Part shown: one piece after another, positions 9,381-18,934 of the stretch
Layout: every line of letters starts with the position of its first letter
Numbering within the stretch: the first letter of the stretch is position 1
From: Candidatus Peregrinibacteria bacterium
GTDB taxonomy: Bacteria > Patescibacteriota > Gracilibacteria > UBA1369 > LOWO2-01-FULL-3
NCBI GenBank assembly: GCA_026395515.1
Contig: JAPLYN010000006.1
Span: 12,844 to 76,843, forward strand
Direction of reading: 5' to 3'
DNA length: 64,000 nucleotides
Position numbers and translations under genes: made by a program
The notes under the pieces: generated by a model
Told to the model about the DNA's origin: nothing
Databases searched by the model: none
Seen by the model: the letters and a program-made list of their open reading frames with translations, nothing else

Positions 9381-9605
9381 ATGGCAAGATTAGCATTAAA
9401 AGTCAAAAATACTCGTAATAAGAAAAAAGTTGCAGCTGCGCGTGCAAAAGGCAAAACTATTAAGCTTGGCACACGTACTTACAATCGTTGCAAATTATGC
9501 GGAAGAGTAAACGGCTATATGAGAAGATTCGAAATCTGCAGAATTTGTTTCCGTGAATTGGCCAGAGAAGGCAAAATCATGGGAATCACAAAATCATCTT
9601 GGTAA
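9381..9605 (+). CDS. rpsN: 30S ribosomal protein S14 (zinc-binding short form, 74 aa)
   Basis: CKLCGR...[22 protein letters not shown], the C+ type S14 signature. Confidence 0.9.
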   Translation: MARLALKVKNTRNKKKVAAARAKGKTIKLGTRTYNRCKLCGRVNGYMRRFEICRICFRELAREGKIMGITKSSW

Positions 9606-9652
9606 GACACAAACAATCCCTACTAAAATAATTAAAAGCTAAACAGCATATC

Positions 9653-10036
9653 ATGCATACAGATCCAATAGCAGACTTACTAACTAGAATTCGTAACAGC
9701 TACACAGCTCACCACGAAGAACTAAGCGTAAGCCACTCAAAAATGAAGGAAAGTGTTGTGAAGATTCTTAAAGAACACGGATTCGTTGAAGATTACGAAA
9801 CAGAAGTACAAGGAACATTCAAAATTATTAACATCATCCTAAAAGATAACTTGAGCGACCTAACTTTTAAAAGAGTTAGCAAGCCAGGTCAAAGAATCTA
9901 CGTCAAAAATGCTGACCTTAAAGCTGTAAAAAGCGGATTGGGACTATGCATCCTTTCTACCTCCAAAGGTTTGATGACGAATTCAGATGCTAAGAGACAG
10001 AAGTTAGGAGGAGAACTTATCTGCGAAATATATTAA
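9653..10036 (+). CDS. rpsH: 30S ribosomal protein S8
   Basis: MHTDPIADLLTRIRN..., 127 aa. Confidence 0.95.
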   Translation: MHTDPIADLLTRIRNSYTAHHEELSVSHSKMKESVVKILKEHGFVEDYETEVQGTFKIINIILKDNLSDLTFKRVSKPGQRIYVKNADLKAVKSGLGLCILSTSKGLMTNSDAKRQKLGGELICEIY

Positions 10037-10047
10037 ACAAATTCATC

Positions 10048-10617
10048 ATGTCACGAGTAGGTAAACAACCAGTTATCATCCCAAGCGGAGTTACAGCAAC
10101 AGTTCAAGGACAAAATGTAATTATCAAGGGACCAAAAGGAGAACTAAACAAAGATTTTCATCCAAAAATGAAGATTGAAGTTCAAGATAATAAAATAGTT
10201 GTAGCTAGAGAAGGAAACGAGAAATTCGACAAAGCCATCCACGGTCTTACAAGAAATCTTATCAACAATATGGTTGAAGGAGTAACTAAAGGTTACGTAA
10301 GAAAAATGGAAATCGTTGGAGTAGGTTTCAAAGCTAACCCAAACAAGAATAAGATTAACTTAAGTCTTGGATTCACACACCCTATTGAATTCGTAGCTCC
10401 AGTTGGAATCGATTTCAAATTAGACCCTGAAAACAAGAATATCATCATCATTACTGGAATCGACAAAGAAATTATTGGACACGTAGCAGCTAAAATCCGT
10501 TCATACAGAAAACCTGAACCATATAAAGGAAAAGGTATCCGTTACTTCGGAGAGAAGATTGCTAAGAAAGCTGGTAAAGCAGCTGGTGCCGGAGCTGGTG
10601 CTACTGGTGGTAAATAA
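10048..10617 (+). CDS. rplF: 50S ribosomal protein L6
   Basis: MSRVGKQPVIIPSGV...YKGKGIRY, with an Ala/Gly C-terminal tail. Confidence 0.95.
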   Translation: MSRVGKQPVIIPSGVTATVQGQNVIIKGPKGELNKDFHPKMKIEVQDNKIVVAREGNEKFDKAIHGLTRNLINNMVEGVTKGYVRKMEIVGVGFKANPNKNKINLSLGFTHPIEFVAPVGIDFKLDPENKNIIIITGIDKEIIGHVAAKIRSYRKPEPYKGKGIRYFGEKIAKKAGKAAGAGAGATGGK

Positions 10618-10655
10618 TAGCAGAAGATTAGTATTAAAATAATTACTCAAATATA

Positions 10656-11012
10656 ATGTCTAAAATCTCTAAAAAGAAAGAACAAACCAGATTACGCAGA
10701 CATCTTAAGATTCGTAAAAGAATCTCAGGTACAGCTGAAAGACCAAGACTAGTAGTTTTCAGAAGCTTAACTCACATCTACGCTCAGGTCATCAATGATG
10801 ATACTAGCAAAGTAGTAGCAAGTGCTTCAGATATGAAAATGAAAGGCAAAGAGAACAAGAGTGAAAGAGCTAAACAAGTAGGTATTGAAGTTGCAAAGAT
10901 TGCACAAGAGAAGAAAATCGACAAAGTTGTATTCGATAGAAACGGTTACAAATATCACGGACGTATCAAGGCTTTAGCTGACGGTGCTCGTGAAGGTGGT
11001 CTACAATTCTAA
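10656..11012 (+). CDS. rplR: 50S ribosomal protein L18
   Basis: ..[18 protein letters not shown]...[19 protein letters not shown]. Confidence 0.94.
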   Translation: MSKISKKKEQTRLRRHLKIRKRISGTAERPRLVVFRSLTHIYAQVINDDTSKVVASASDMKMKGKENKSERAKQVGIEVAKIAQEKKIDKVVFDRNGYKYHGRIKALADGAREGGLQF

Positions 11013-11027
11013 TTTACTAAACTCATC

Positions 11028-11660
11028 ATGCCAAAACCAGAACATAACAATAAAAAAGGAGGATTCGTTAAGAGAGAACCAAAAGAATTTGAAGAGGAAG
11101 TGATTCAAATCGACAGAGTTACTCGTGTAGTTAAAGGTGGTCGTAAACTACGTTTCCGCGCTACTGTAGCTATCGGTAATAAAAAAGGAAAGGTTGGTGT
11201 TGGTGTTGGTAAATCAAACGAAGTTCAAGGAGCAATTCAAAAAGCTATAAACAAGGCTAAGAAAGATCTTACTACTATCATTATGGACGGTAGCACTATC
11301 CCCCACCAAGTTTATTTGAAATTGAAGTCTTCAAAACTACTTCTTATGCCAGCGGTTCCAGGTACAGGTCTTATGGCCGGTGGAACAATCCGTAAAGTAT
11401 TAGCTTTAGCAGGAGTAAAAGACGTAATGAGCAAATCTTTCGGTACAAACAATAAACTAAACAATACTAAGGCAGCTTTCGCAGCATTAAAAATGTTGAA
11501 ATCTACTCCAATGATGGAAAGAAGAGCAGCGAAAAAAGCTATTCAGATTAAGAGTCCAGTTGTAGCGGCTACTACTAAAGCTCCTACTCCAGCAGTAAAA
11601 GCTCCAGAAGCTAAAGCTCCAGCGCCAAAAGTAGTGAAGAAAGATGAAACAATTAAATAA
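11028..11660 (+). CDS. rpsE: 30S ribosomal protein S5 (long C-terminal Ala/Pro/Lys tail)
   Basis: ..VIQIDRVTRVVKGGRKLRFRATVAIGNKKGKVGVGVGKS.., 210 aa. Confidence 0.95.
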   Translation: MPKPEHNNKKGGFVKREPKEFEEEVIQIDRVTRVVKGGRKLRFRATVAIGNKKGKVGVGVGKSNEVQGAIQKAINKAKKDLTTIIMDGSTIPHQVYLKLKSSKLLLMPAVPGTGLMAGGTIRKVLALAGVKDVMSKSFGTNNKLNNTKAAFAALKMLKSTPMMERRAAKKAIQIKSPVVAATTKAPTPAVKAPEAKAPAPKVVKKDETIK

Positions 11661-11668
11661 TAATTCAA

Positions 11669-12157
11669 ATGACTCTATTTAACTTAAGCAGCAAATTAGG
11701 AAAGAAAAAGAAAAAATTACTTGGTCGTGGAAACGGTTCAGGTCACGGAACTTTTTGTTGCCGTGGTGGTAAAGGTCAATCAGCTCGTAGCGGTGGTAGC
11801 ATCCGTCCAGGTTTTGAAGGAGGACAGACTACAATGCTTCGTCGTATGCCTAAACTAAGAGGATTCAAGAACCCAAATCATCAAGAATTTCAAGTCGTAA
11901 ATGTTGGAGATTTAAACGTTTTTGATAATAATACGGAAGTTAATCTAGATTCTCTATTCGCTAAGAAGTTGGTTTCAAAGAAAAGCAAACCAGTTAAGCT
12001 TCTAGGAAATGGTGAATTAGAGAAAACACTTACAATTACTGTAAGCAAAGCTTCTGCTAGTGCTATTGAAGCAATCGAGGCTAAGAAAGGAAAAGTAATA
12101 ATCCTACCTAGCAACTCATTTGCAGACAAGCCAAAGGCAGAAAAGAAAAGTGCATAA
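11669..12157 (+). CDS. rplO: 50S ribosomal protein L15
   Basis: ..GRGNGSGHGTFCCRGGKGQSARSG..., directly after rpsE with no L30 gene between them. Confidence 0.93.
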   Translation: MTLFNLSSKLGKKKKKLLGRGNGSGHGTFCCRGGKGQSARSGGSIRPGFEGGQTTMLRRMPKLRGFKNPNHQEFQVVNVGDLNVFDNNTEVNLDSLFAKKLVSKKSKPVKLLGNGELEKTLTITVSKASASAIEAIEAKKGKVIILPSNSFADKPKAEKKSA

Positions 12158-12179
12158 ATCCTATTAGAAAACCTAAAAA

Positions 12180-13478
12180 ATGCTTAAATACCTCAGTCAG
12201 ATTTGGAACTCCAAAGATCTTCGCAATAAAATTCTATTTACTCTAGGTATCGTAGTTCTCTATAGATTCCTTGCTCATATCACTGTTCCAGGAGCAAACA
12301 TGGAAGCTCTAAAAGCCGTTGCAAACCGCAACCAACTTCTAGAAATGTTCAGCTTACTTACAGGTGGTAGCACTTCCCACTTCTCTATCGTGTTGATGGG
12401 TATTTCTCCATATATTAATGCTTCAGTAATTATCCAATTATTGACAGTTATCGTTCCTAAACTTGAAAATCTTTCTAAAGAAGGTGAAGCTGGTCAGAAG
12501 AAAATCAACACTTATACACGTTGGTTGACTCTTCCTTTGGCTTTCTTACAATCTTATGGAATGATTATTCTTTTGAATAGCCAATCAAAGATTCCTTTAA
12601 TTGAAAATACTACAAGCCCAGCTACTATTATTCCTATCATGCTAACGATCTCTGCAGGTACTCTGCTTCTCGTTTGGCTTGGTGAACAAATTAGCGAGAA
12701 AGGTATTGGTAATGGTATCTCCGTACTTATCTTCTCAAGCATCGTTTCTGGTATTCCACAGGTTGTTGGACAAGGTTTATACCTAGCTCAAGGCGACGAA
12801 AGCAAACTTGTTCCATTCGTAGTAATCTCAATTCTTACAGTATTACTCGTTACTTTTGTAATCTTAGTTACAGAAGCACAAAGAAAAATTCCACTTACAT
12901 ACGCAGGCAGCGGAGTTCGCAGCAAGAGCGACCAAGCTTTCCTTCCTATTCGTATCAATCAGGCAGGTATGATTCCTATCATCTTCGCCGTAGCTTTGGT
13001 TAGTTTCCCAGGTATCGTAGGACAATTCCTTCTTCACGCTAAAACCCCTTGGTTGAGCCATTTAGGAGATAGTCTTACTACCCTATTCCAACCAAACAGC
13101 TTCTCATACATGATTGTATACTTCTTACTCGTAATAGCATTCACATTCTTCTACGTTTCAATCACTTTCAACCCTGAAAAAGTTGCTGAGAACATTCAGA
13201 AACGCGGAGGTTATATTCCAGGAATTCGTCCAGGTGTACAAACAACTGAATATCTAGCTCATGTTTCAAACAGATTGACTCTTTTCGGAGCTCTCTTCCT
13301 TGGATTCATTGCTGGATTACCAGTATTCATTCAATTCGCTCTTAGCGCAGCAGGTCTTGGTTCAATACCACTCCTTATCTCTGGCGCTGGTATCATCATT
13401 ATCGTAGGTGTAGTTTTGGAACTTATTCGCCAAATCAACGCTCAGATGGTAATGCACGATTACAAAAAATTCTATTAA
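12180..13478 (+). CDS. secY: Preprotein translocase subunit SecY
   Basis: 432 aa, polytopic membrane protein, in the canonical position after rplO. Confidence 0.96.
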   Translation: MLKYLSQIWNSKDLRNKILFTLGIVVLYRFLAHITVPGANMEALKAVANRNQLLEMFSLLTGGSTSHFSIVLMGISPYINASVIIQLLTVIVPKLENLSKEGEAGQKKINTYTRWLTLPLAFLQSYGMIILLNSQSKIPLIENTTSPATIIPIMLTISAGTLLLVWLGEQISEKGIGNGISVLIFSSIVSGIPQVVGQGLYLAQGDESKLVPFVVISILTVLLVTFVILVTEAQRKIPLTYAGSGVRSKSDQAFLPIRINQAGMIPIIFAVALVSFPGIVGQFLLHAKTPWLSHLGDSLTTLFQPNSFSYMIVYFLLVIAFTFFYVSITFNPEKVAENIQKRGGYIPGIRPGVQTTEYLAHVSNRLTLFGALFLGFIAGLPVFIQFALSAAGLGSIPLLISGAGIIIIVGVVLELIRQINAQMVMHDYKKFY

Positions 13479-13479
13479 A

Positions 13480-13496
13480 AGAGCGCTCTGCGCTCT
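13480..13496 (+). other. GC-rich perfect hairpin between secY and adk
   Basis: AGAGCGC-TCT-GCGCTCT (7-bp stem, 3-nt loop) starting 2 nt after the secY stop. No T-run follows it. Confidence 0.4.
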
Positions 13497-13545
13497 GATA
13501 TAAAATAGAGTTTTGCGAAACAAAATACATTATCCCCTACAACTT

Positions 13546-14175
13546 ATGGATCTCATTTTGTTTGGAATGCAAGGCGCAGGCAAAGGTACTATTGGTAAAT
13601 CTTTAGCCGAAAGATACAACCTTAAGATTTTTGAAACGGGTGGAGCTCTCCGCGCACTTTCCCAAGAAGATAGTGAACTTGCTCGTAAAGTAAAATCCAT
13701 CATCGAAGCCGGACATCTTGTTCCGAATGAAGTAGTAATGGAAATCGTAGAAGACTTTTTAGCAAAACTTCCACCAAACACTAATGTCCTTTTTGACGGT
13801 ATTCCAAGAAAAGTAGAACAGGCAGAGTCACTCAATGCCCTACTCAAAAAGAATGGCCGCACATACCGCGCCGTAATTTTAGACATCAAAGAAGAAATTG
13901 CACTCAAGAGACTTACTACTCGCAGACTTTGCAAAGTATGTAAGACAATTTATCCAATCACCTACACTGCCGACAAATGTACTTGTGGCGGTGAATTAAT
14001 TACTCGTTCTGACGACAATCCGGAAGCAATCCAAACTCGCCTCAAAGCTTACCGCGACGAAACTGTCCCAGCTATCGCTCTCTACCAAGAAGGCATGATC
14101 AAAATCGACGGCGAACCAGCCATCGACGAAGTTCAAAAGTTAGCATTTGAAGCGTTGGACAAGGTATTAAAATAA
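13546..14175 (+). CDS. adk: Adenylate kinase (zinc-lid type)
   Basis: MDLILFGMQGAGKGT P-loop at the ATG at 13546 (the track TTG at 13513 is probably upstream read-in). The lid carries CKVC...CTC. Confidence 0.93.
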   Translation: MDLILFGMQGAGKGTIGKSLAERYNLKIFETGGALRALSQEDSELARKVKSIIEAGHLVPNEVVMEIVEDFLAKLPPNTNVLFDGIPRKVEQAESLNALLKKNGRTYRAVILDIKEEIALKRLTTRRLCKVCKTIYPITYTADKCTCGGELITRSDDNPEAIQTRLKAYRDETVPAIALYQEGMIKIDGEPAIDEVQKLAFEALDKVLK

Positions 14176-14231
14176 ACAACACAGCAACCACCAAAAACAC
14201 TTCTAAAAAGAAGACCTGGAATACCTCGATT

Positions 14232-14259
14232 TTGACAAATAATTATTTTGGCGTAAAAT
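14232..14259 (+). promoter_or_regulatory. Sigma70-like promoter for the 115-aa ORF
   Basis: TTGACA (14232-14237), a 16-nt spacer, then TAAAAT (14254-14259). Confidence 0.45.
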
Positions 14260-14285
14260 ACTAAACTAATCTTTAATATTGAATT

Positions 14286-14633
14286 ATGAGCTGGAAACTT
14301 GAAGCAATATCTACTCCACCGACACCATATAAGGGCGTAGGAAGAGCAAGTATGGATCAATTAATGCAAACAGAATTAGCGGTTGAAACAATAGTTTTAA
14401 CCAATAGTGAGGAATTAGCAAATAAAGTTAAAGCAACAATTAATATAAATCCACTAACGCACGCCGTCACTTTCGTCACGGAAAAAGGAAAACAACCTGC
14501 CTCATCTATAGAAAAACTTAATGAAATGCTAATTAACGAAGGACTAGAACCAATTGACCAAAATATATCCATGCAAGTTGCTCAAGCCCTAGACAAAAAT
14601 TATAAGCCACAATTTTTGAAACATAAAGTGTGA
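14286..14633 (+). CDS. Hypothetical protein, 115 aa, inserted between adk and map
   Basis: ATG ORF with its own promoter-like element. No motif recognised. Confidence 0.5.
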   Translation: MSWKLEAISTPPTPYKGVGRASMDQLMQTELAVETIVLTNSEELANKVKATININPLTHAVTFVTEKGKQPASSIEKLNEMLINEGLEPIDQNISMQVAQALDKNYKPQFLKHKV

Positions 14634-14705
14634 AGACGGCCATTTGCCCTTCCACTTCTCATGATGTAAACTTCACCTAAATCAAAATCGATTAATTTCA
14701 CATAA

Positions 14706-15461
14706 ATGGCCATCCTAATTAAAACAGACAGAGAAATTGAACTCATGCGCATCTCCGGCAAAATTCTCGCCGAAGTTCTCGACGCTTGCTCAAAAAAAGC
14801 TCAAATCGGAGTTTCCACAAAAGAACTCGATACTTTCGCTGAAGACCTCATTAGAAAAAATGGCGCCAAGCCAGCCTTCAAAGGCTACCACGGCTTCCCT
14901 GCTACACTTTGCACAGCAGTTAATGACCGCATCGTCCATGGTATCCCTCGCGCCGACGAAATCCTTCAAGACGGCGACCTTCTCACTATAGACTGTGGAG
15001 TCACTTACGAAGGCATGGTCACGGATGCCGCTCGTTCTATCGGAATAGGCAAAATTTCTGATGAAAAATCTCGCTTAATCAAAACAGCCAATGAGGCTCT
15101 CTCAAAAGCTATCGATTTCGTAAAACCTGGAGTTCATGTTGGCGAAATTGGAGCCCTAATCCAAGAAACCATAGAAAAAGAAGGTTTTCATGTAGTTTAT
15201 GACCTCACTGGACACGGCGTCGGACGCAAACTTCACGAAGATCCAATTATCGCAAATTTCTTCGATGGAAACAAAGGACCAACATTAAAAGCCGGAATGA
15301 CTATAGCAATTGAACCAATTTTCTCCGCCGGAACAAGTAAAATGAAGACTCTAAAAGACGGCTGGACGATTGTAACGGTAGACGGTTCTACTGCAGTACA
15401 AGCCGAAAATACCCTATTGATCACTGAGAAAGGTTGCGAAGTTTTGACAGAATTAAACTAG
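14706..15461 (+). CDS. map: Methionine aminopeptidase, type I
   Basis: 251 aa with metal-ligand context (..DLLTIDCG.., ..GHGVGRKLHEDP.., ..IEP.., ..AENT..). Confidence 0.95.
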   Translation: MAILIKTDREIELMRISGKILAEVLDACSKKAQIGVSTKELDTFAEDLIRKNGAKPAFKGYHGFPATLCTAVNDRIVHGIPRADEILQDGDLLTIDCGVTYEGMVTDAARSIGIGKISDEKSRLIKTANEALSKAIDFVKPGVHVGEIGALIQETIEKEGFHVVYDLTGHGVGRKLHEDPIIANFFDGNKGPTLKAGMTIAIEPIFSAGTSKMKTLKDGWTIVTVDGSTAVQAENTLLITEKGCEVLTELN

Positions 15462-15496
15462 AAAACACTTTTTTTACATGAAAAGTGAAAAATCAC

Positions 15497-15525
15497 TTGC
15501 ACAGATGTATTATCTCATGTAAGAT
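15497..15525 (+). promoter_or_regulatory. Sigma70-like promoter upstream of infA
   Basis: TTGCAC (15497-15502), a 17-nt spacer, then TAAGAT (15520-15525). Confidence 0.4.
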
Positions 15526-15569
15526 CCAAACGCTTTTTTTATAAAAAAACCGTCAAAACGGGCATCTAA

Positions 15570-15800
15570 ATGGGCAAAGAAGAAGCTATCGTACTAGAGG
15601 GCACAGTAACAGAGGCACTACCAAGTACAGAGTTCAAGGTTGAATTGGCCGACGGCCGATTAATCACTGCACATTTATCAGGAAGAATGAGGATGCATTA
15701 CATCAAAATTCTACCTGGAGATCGCGTTACGGTTGAGATTAGCACTTACGACCTTACAAAGGGTCGAATAACTTATAGACATACCGGAAAAAAATCATGA
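15570..15800 (+). CDS. infA: Translation initiation factor IF-1
   Basis: [18 protein letters not shown]...[32 protein letters not shown]. Confidence 0.96.
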   Translation: MGKEEAIVLEGTVTEALPSTEFKVELADGRLITAHLSGRMRMHYIKILPGDRVTVEISTYDLTKGRITYRHTGKKS

Positions 15801-15910
15801 AAGTACAAGCATCAGTCAAAAAGATTTGTCAAAAGTGTCAGGTTATCCGTCGCAAAAGCGTAATCCGCGTTATCTGCGAGAATAAACGTCATAAACAAAG
15901 ACAAGGTTAA
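15797..15910 (+). CDS. rpmJ: 50S ribosomal protein L36 (not in the ORF track, 37 aa)
   Basis: Hand translation from the ATG at 15797 (an ATGA overlap with the infA stop) gives [37 protein letters not shown], ending at TAA 15908-15910. This matches the zinc-ribbon L36 signature. Confidence 0.9.
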   Translation: MKVQASVKKICQKCQVIRRKSVIRVICENKRHKQRQG

Positions 15911-15990
15911 TTAAATCCTTACTAATCGGGACTCCATTCGGAATGCCGATTACTTAGAATTTAATCCAAAATAATAATAATTATATACAC

Positions 15991-16365
15991 ATGGCACGTA
16001 TTGCTGGAGTAAATCTACCGAAAGAAAAGCGCGTTGAAATTGGTCTAACAGCCATCTACGGCGTTGGTCGCAACTTGAGTAAGCAAATTCTTACTGAGGC
16101 TAAAATAGATTTCAATAAAAAAGTTGAAGTACTAACTGAGCCGGAAATTGCTTCTATACGTGAAATTCTAGTTAGATTTGCTACAGAGGGTGATCTAAAA
16201 AGAAAGATCGCTATGGACATTAAGAGATTACAAGAAATTGGAACATACCGTGGTTTAAGACATAAAAAAGGATTACCAGTTCGTGGTCAACGTACAAGAT
16301 ACAACTGCAGAACAAGAAAGGGTAAACGCAAGACAGTTGCAAACAAGAAAATCATAGCTAAATAA
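15991..16365 (+). CDS. rpsM: 30S ribosomal protein S13
   Basis: [24 protein letters not shown]... Confidence 0.96.
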   Translation: MARIAGVNLPKEKRVEIGLTAIYGVGRNLSKQILTEAKIDFNKKVEVLTEPEIASIREILVRFATEGDLKRKIAMDIKRLQEIGTYRGLRHKKGLPVRGQRTRYNCRTRKGKRKTVANKKIIAK

Positions 16366-16373
16366 CAATAACC

Positions 16374-16853
16374 ATGACTGAAGAATTAAAAAAACCAGCA
16401 AAGGCTCCAGCTGATAAAGCAGAAGCTAAAAAAGACACTAAAGAAGTTGCCAAAGAAGAAGGCAAAGGAAAAAAAGTGGTAAAGAAAAAAACTGGTAAGA
16501 GACGTAATGTACAAGTTGGTAACGCTTATGTTCAAGCATCTTACAATAATACTATCGTAACTATTACTGAACAGAACGGAAACGTTCTTTCCTGGAGTAG
16601 TTCCGGAGCAAGCGGATTCAAAGGAGCTAGAAAATCTACTCCATACGCTGCACAAATTTCTGCTGAACATGCTGCTGAAAAAGCTAAAGTATACGGTTTG
16701 GAAAGAGTACACGTATTTATCAAAGGTGTTGGTGCAGGTCGTGAACAATCAGTTCGTGGTCTAGTTACTAGCGGTCTTGATCTTATTTCTATCAACGACG
16801 TTACTCCAATCCCACACAATGGTTGCCGCAAGAAGAAAGCTAGAAGAGTATAG
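16374..16853 (+). CDS. rpsK: 30S ribosomal protein S11 (with a ~40-aa Lys/Glu/Ala-rich N-terminal extension)
   Basis: ..[44 protein letters not shown]...[18 protein letters not shown]. Confidence 0.95.
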   Translation: MTEELKKPAKAPADKAEAKKDTKEVAKEEGKGKKVVKKKTGKRRNVQVGNAYVQASYNNTIVTITEQNGNVLSWSSSGASGFKGARKSTPYAAQISAEHAAEKAKVYGLERVHVFIKGVGAGREQSVRGLVTSGLDLISINDVTPIPHNGCRKKKARRV

Positions 16854-16889
16854 TCATTATAATATCCCACAAAAAATTAATTAAATATC

Positions 16890-17504
16890 ATGAGATACAC
16901 AGGTCCAGTAACACGTTTATCAAGAAGATTAGGAGTAGTACTTTTCACTAATGGTGAAAGTAAACTTAAAGCTTTTAATAAGAAGAACTATAAACCTGGA
17001 CAACACGGACAGAAGCGTTTTTCTCAGATGTCAGAATTCAGCAAACAGCTTTTAGAGAAACAGAAAGCTCGTTTTATGTATGGTATTAGCGAAAAACAAT
17101 CTCGCAAATATTATGAAATGGCGACTAAGACTAATGAAGTTACTGGTGTTAAATATCTTGGACTTATCGAACAAAGATTAGACAATGTTATGTATCGCGC
17201 AGGATTAGCTGAGACTAGACCTCAAGGAAGACAAATGGTTAGTCACGGTATTATCTGTTTGAACGGAAAGAGAGTAAATACTCCTTCTATTCTAGTAAAA
17301 GTTGGCGATAAATTTGAAGTAAGCGCTAAAAAGAAAACATCAAAACTTTTTGAAGCTACAAAGAAAGAGAAAAAAGTTAAAGCTCCAAAATGGATGAAAG
17401 TCGATCTTGCTAACCTATCAGGCGAAATAACTGCTCTACCTGGCAAGGACGATATTGAAAATATTATTGAGCATCAGCTCATTACTGAGTACTATTCTAA
17501 ATAA
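16890..17504 (+). CDS. rpsD: 30S ribosomal protein S4
   Basis: MRYTGPVTRLSRRLG..., S4 domain (RLDNVMYRAGLA.TR.Q.RQ.V.HG). Confidence 0.95.
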   Translation: MRYTGPVTRLSRRLGVVLFTNGESKLKAFNKKNYKPGQHGQKRFSQMSEFSKQLLEKQKARFMYGISEKQSRKYYEMATKTNEVTGVKYLGLIEQRLDNVMYRAGLAETRPQGRQMVSHGIICLNGKRVNTPSILVKVGDKFEVSAKKKTSKLFEATKKEKKVKAPKWMKVDLANLSGEITALPGKDDIENIIEHQLITEYYSK

Positions 17505-17574
17505 TCGCGACGAAGTAGCCTTTGCATTTTCCCCTCGTGCAACTTCGCAACTTCTACCATATAACATTATTCAA

Positions 17575-18549
17575 ATGCATCAAATCCAAGAAGACATAGG
17601 AATACCTAAGCTCAAGGCTGAAAGCATCGGTCCAAATCACTCAATTTTCACATTGAGTCCTTTGCCAACTGGCTACGGCGTAACTCTTGGTAATGCCCTA
17701 CGTCGTGTCCTTCTTTCTTCCCTTCCAGGTGCTTGTGTAGCTGGTATCAAGATCGACGGAATCAGTCATGAATACTCCACAATTCCTGGAGTAAAAGAAA
17801 GTGTTATGGATATCACTCTTAATTTGAAATTGCTAGAAATAAAGAAAACTACTCCAGAATTATCTATCGCTGTTCTTGAAATCAATAAGACAGGTGAAAT
17901 TTACGGAAAAGACGTTAAGTGTCCTTCAGAAGTAGAAATCATGAATCCAGATCAATATATCTGTACAGTAGAAAAAGGTACAAAAGTTAAGATCGAAATG
18001 CGTATTGAAAAAGGTGTTGGTTACGTACCAGCTACTCACAGACAGAAAGAAGAAAAAGATCCACAGATTATTTTGATGGATGCTATCTATTCTCCAGTTA
18101 GAAAAGTTCGTTACGATATCGAGGCAACTCGTGTCGGACAAGCTACAAACTTGGACAAGATGACTCTCGAAGTGAAGACAAACGGTGCTATCACTCCAGA
18201 AGATGCAATCAAGTTCGCTTCAAACGTTCTTCAATCATACTTCGGTTTCTTCAATGCTGAAAACGCTATGGTGGAAGAATATTACATGTCAGATGTTAAA
18301 TCTATCATGGACAAGGAACGTGAACAGGAAGCTAACAAACCTACTCAAGAATCATATACACCAATCGAAATTCTTGGTTTCTCTCCAAGAACTCTTAATG
18401 CACTTATCAATGGCGGCATCGGTTCAATCGAACAATTGTCTAAATGCACAGAAAGTAAGTTGTCAAACTTGAGAGGATTTGGTAAGAAGGCGCTAACAGA
18501 AGTTGCTTCTGCACTTGAGAAAAAGGGATTTAAACTATCAGAAGAATAA
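17575..18549 (+). CDS. rpoA: DNA-directed RNA polymerase subunit alpha
   Basis: The ATG at 17575 gives MHQIQEDIGIPKLK...GYGVTLGNALRRVLLSSLPGA. The C-terminal domain is present (..LGFSPRTLNALINGGI..). The track start at 17455 overlaps rpsD and adds an implausible extension. Confidence 0.95.
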   Translation: MHQIQEDIGIPKLKAESIGPNHSIFTLSPLPTGYGVTLGNALRRVLLSSLPGACVAGIKIDGISHEYSTIPGVKESVMDITLNLKLLEIKKTTPELSIAVLEINKTGEIYGKDVKCPSEVEIMNPDQYICTVEKGTKVKIEMRIEKGVGYVPATHRQKEEKDPQIILMDAIYSPVRKVRYDIEATRVGQATNLDKMTLEVKTNGAITPEDAIKFASNVLQSYFGFFNAENAMVEEYYMSDVKSIMDKEREQEANKPTQESYTPIEILGFSPRTLNALINGGIGSIEQLSKCTESKLSNLRGFGKKALTEVASALEKKGFKLSEE

Positions 18550-18561
18550 TTTACATACAAT

Positions 18562-18915
18562 ATGAGACACAAAGTAAAGAAAGTCAGAATCGGCAATGAT
18601 AAAAGCCATACAACAGCCTTGATGAAGAATCTAGCTATGTCTGTAATCATCTACGAAAAAATCAAAACTACATCAGCAAAAGCTAGAGCAGTTCAACCTT
18701 TAGTTGAAAGATTAATCAACTACGGAAAAGCTGAAAACAAGAGAGAAGCGATTAGACTTATTATGAGTGTTCTCGATCACGAAAATAGCTCTAAGAAAAT
18801 TCTAGAAGTATTAGCTGACAAGTATAAAGATAAAACTTCTGGCTATACACGCATCACAAAACTTGGTTATCGCACAGGTGATAATGCTCCAGTTGTACAA
18901 CTTGAATTAATTTAA
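18562..18915 (+). CDS. rplQ: 50S ribosomal protein L17
   Basis: MRHKVKKVRIGNDKSHTTALMKNL...GYTRITKLGYR.GDNAP. Confidence 0.94.
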   Translation: MRHKVKKVRIGNDKSHTTALMKNLAMSVIIYEKIKTTSAKARAVQPLVERLINYGKAENKREAIRLIMSVLDHENSSKKILEVLADKYKDKTSGYTRITKLGYRTGDNAPVVQLELI

Positions 18916-18934
18916 TAGGCGCAGCCAACAACAT

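Noticed and set aside
13513-13545. TTG start for adk at 13513.
   Set aside because: The Adk P-loop (GMQGAGKGT) normally lies within the first ~15 residues. The ATG at 13546 (MDLILFGMQGAGKGT) fits this, and the TTG extension is probably read-in from the spacer.
17455-17574. The ORF-track start of rpoA at 17455 (364 aa), which overlaps rpsD by 50 nt.
   Set aside because: The extra 40 residues (MKILLSISSLLSTILNNRDEV...) are not RpoA-like and overlap the end of rpsD. The conserved alpha-subunit N-terminus begins at the ATG at 17575.
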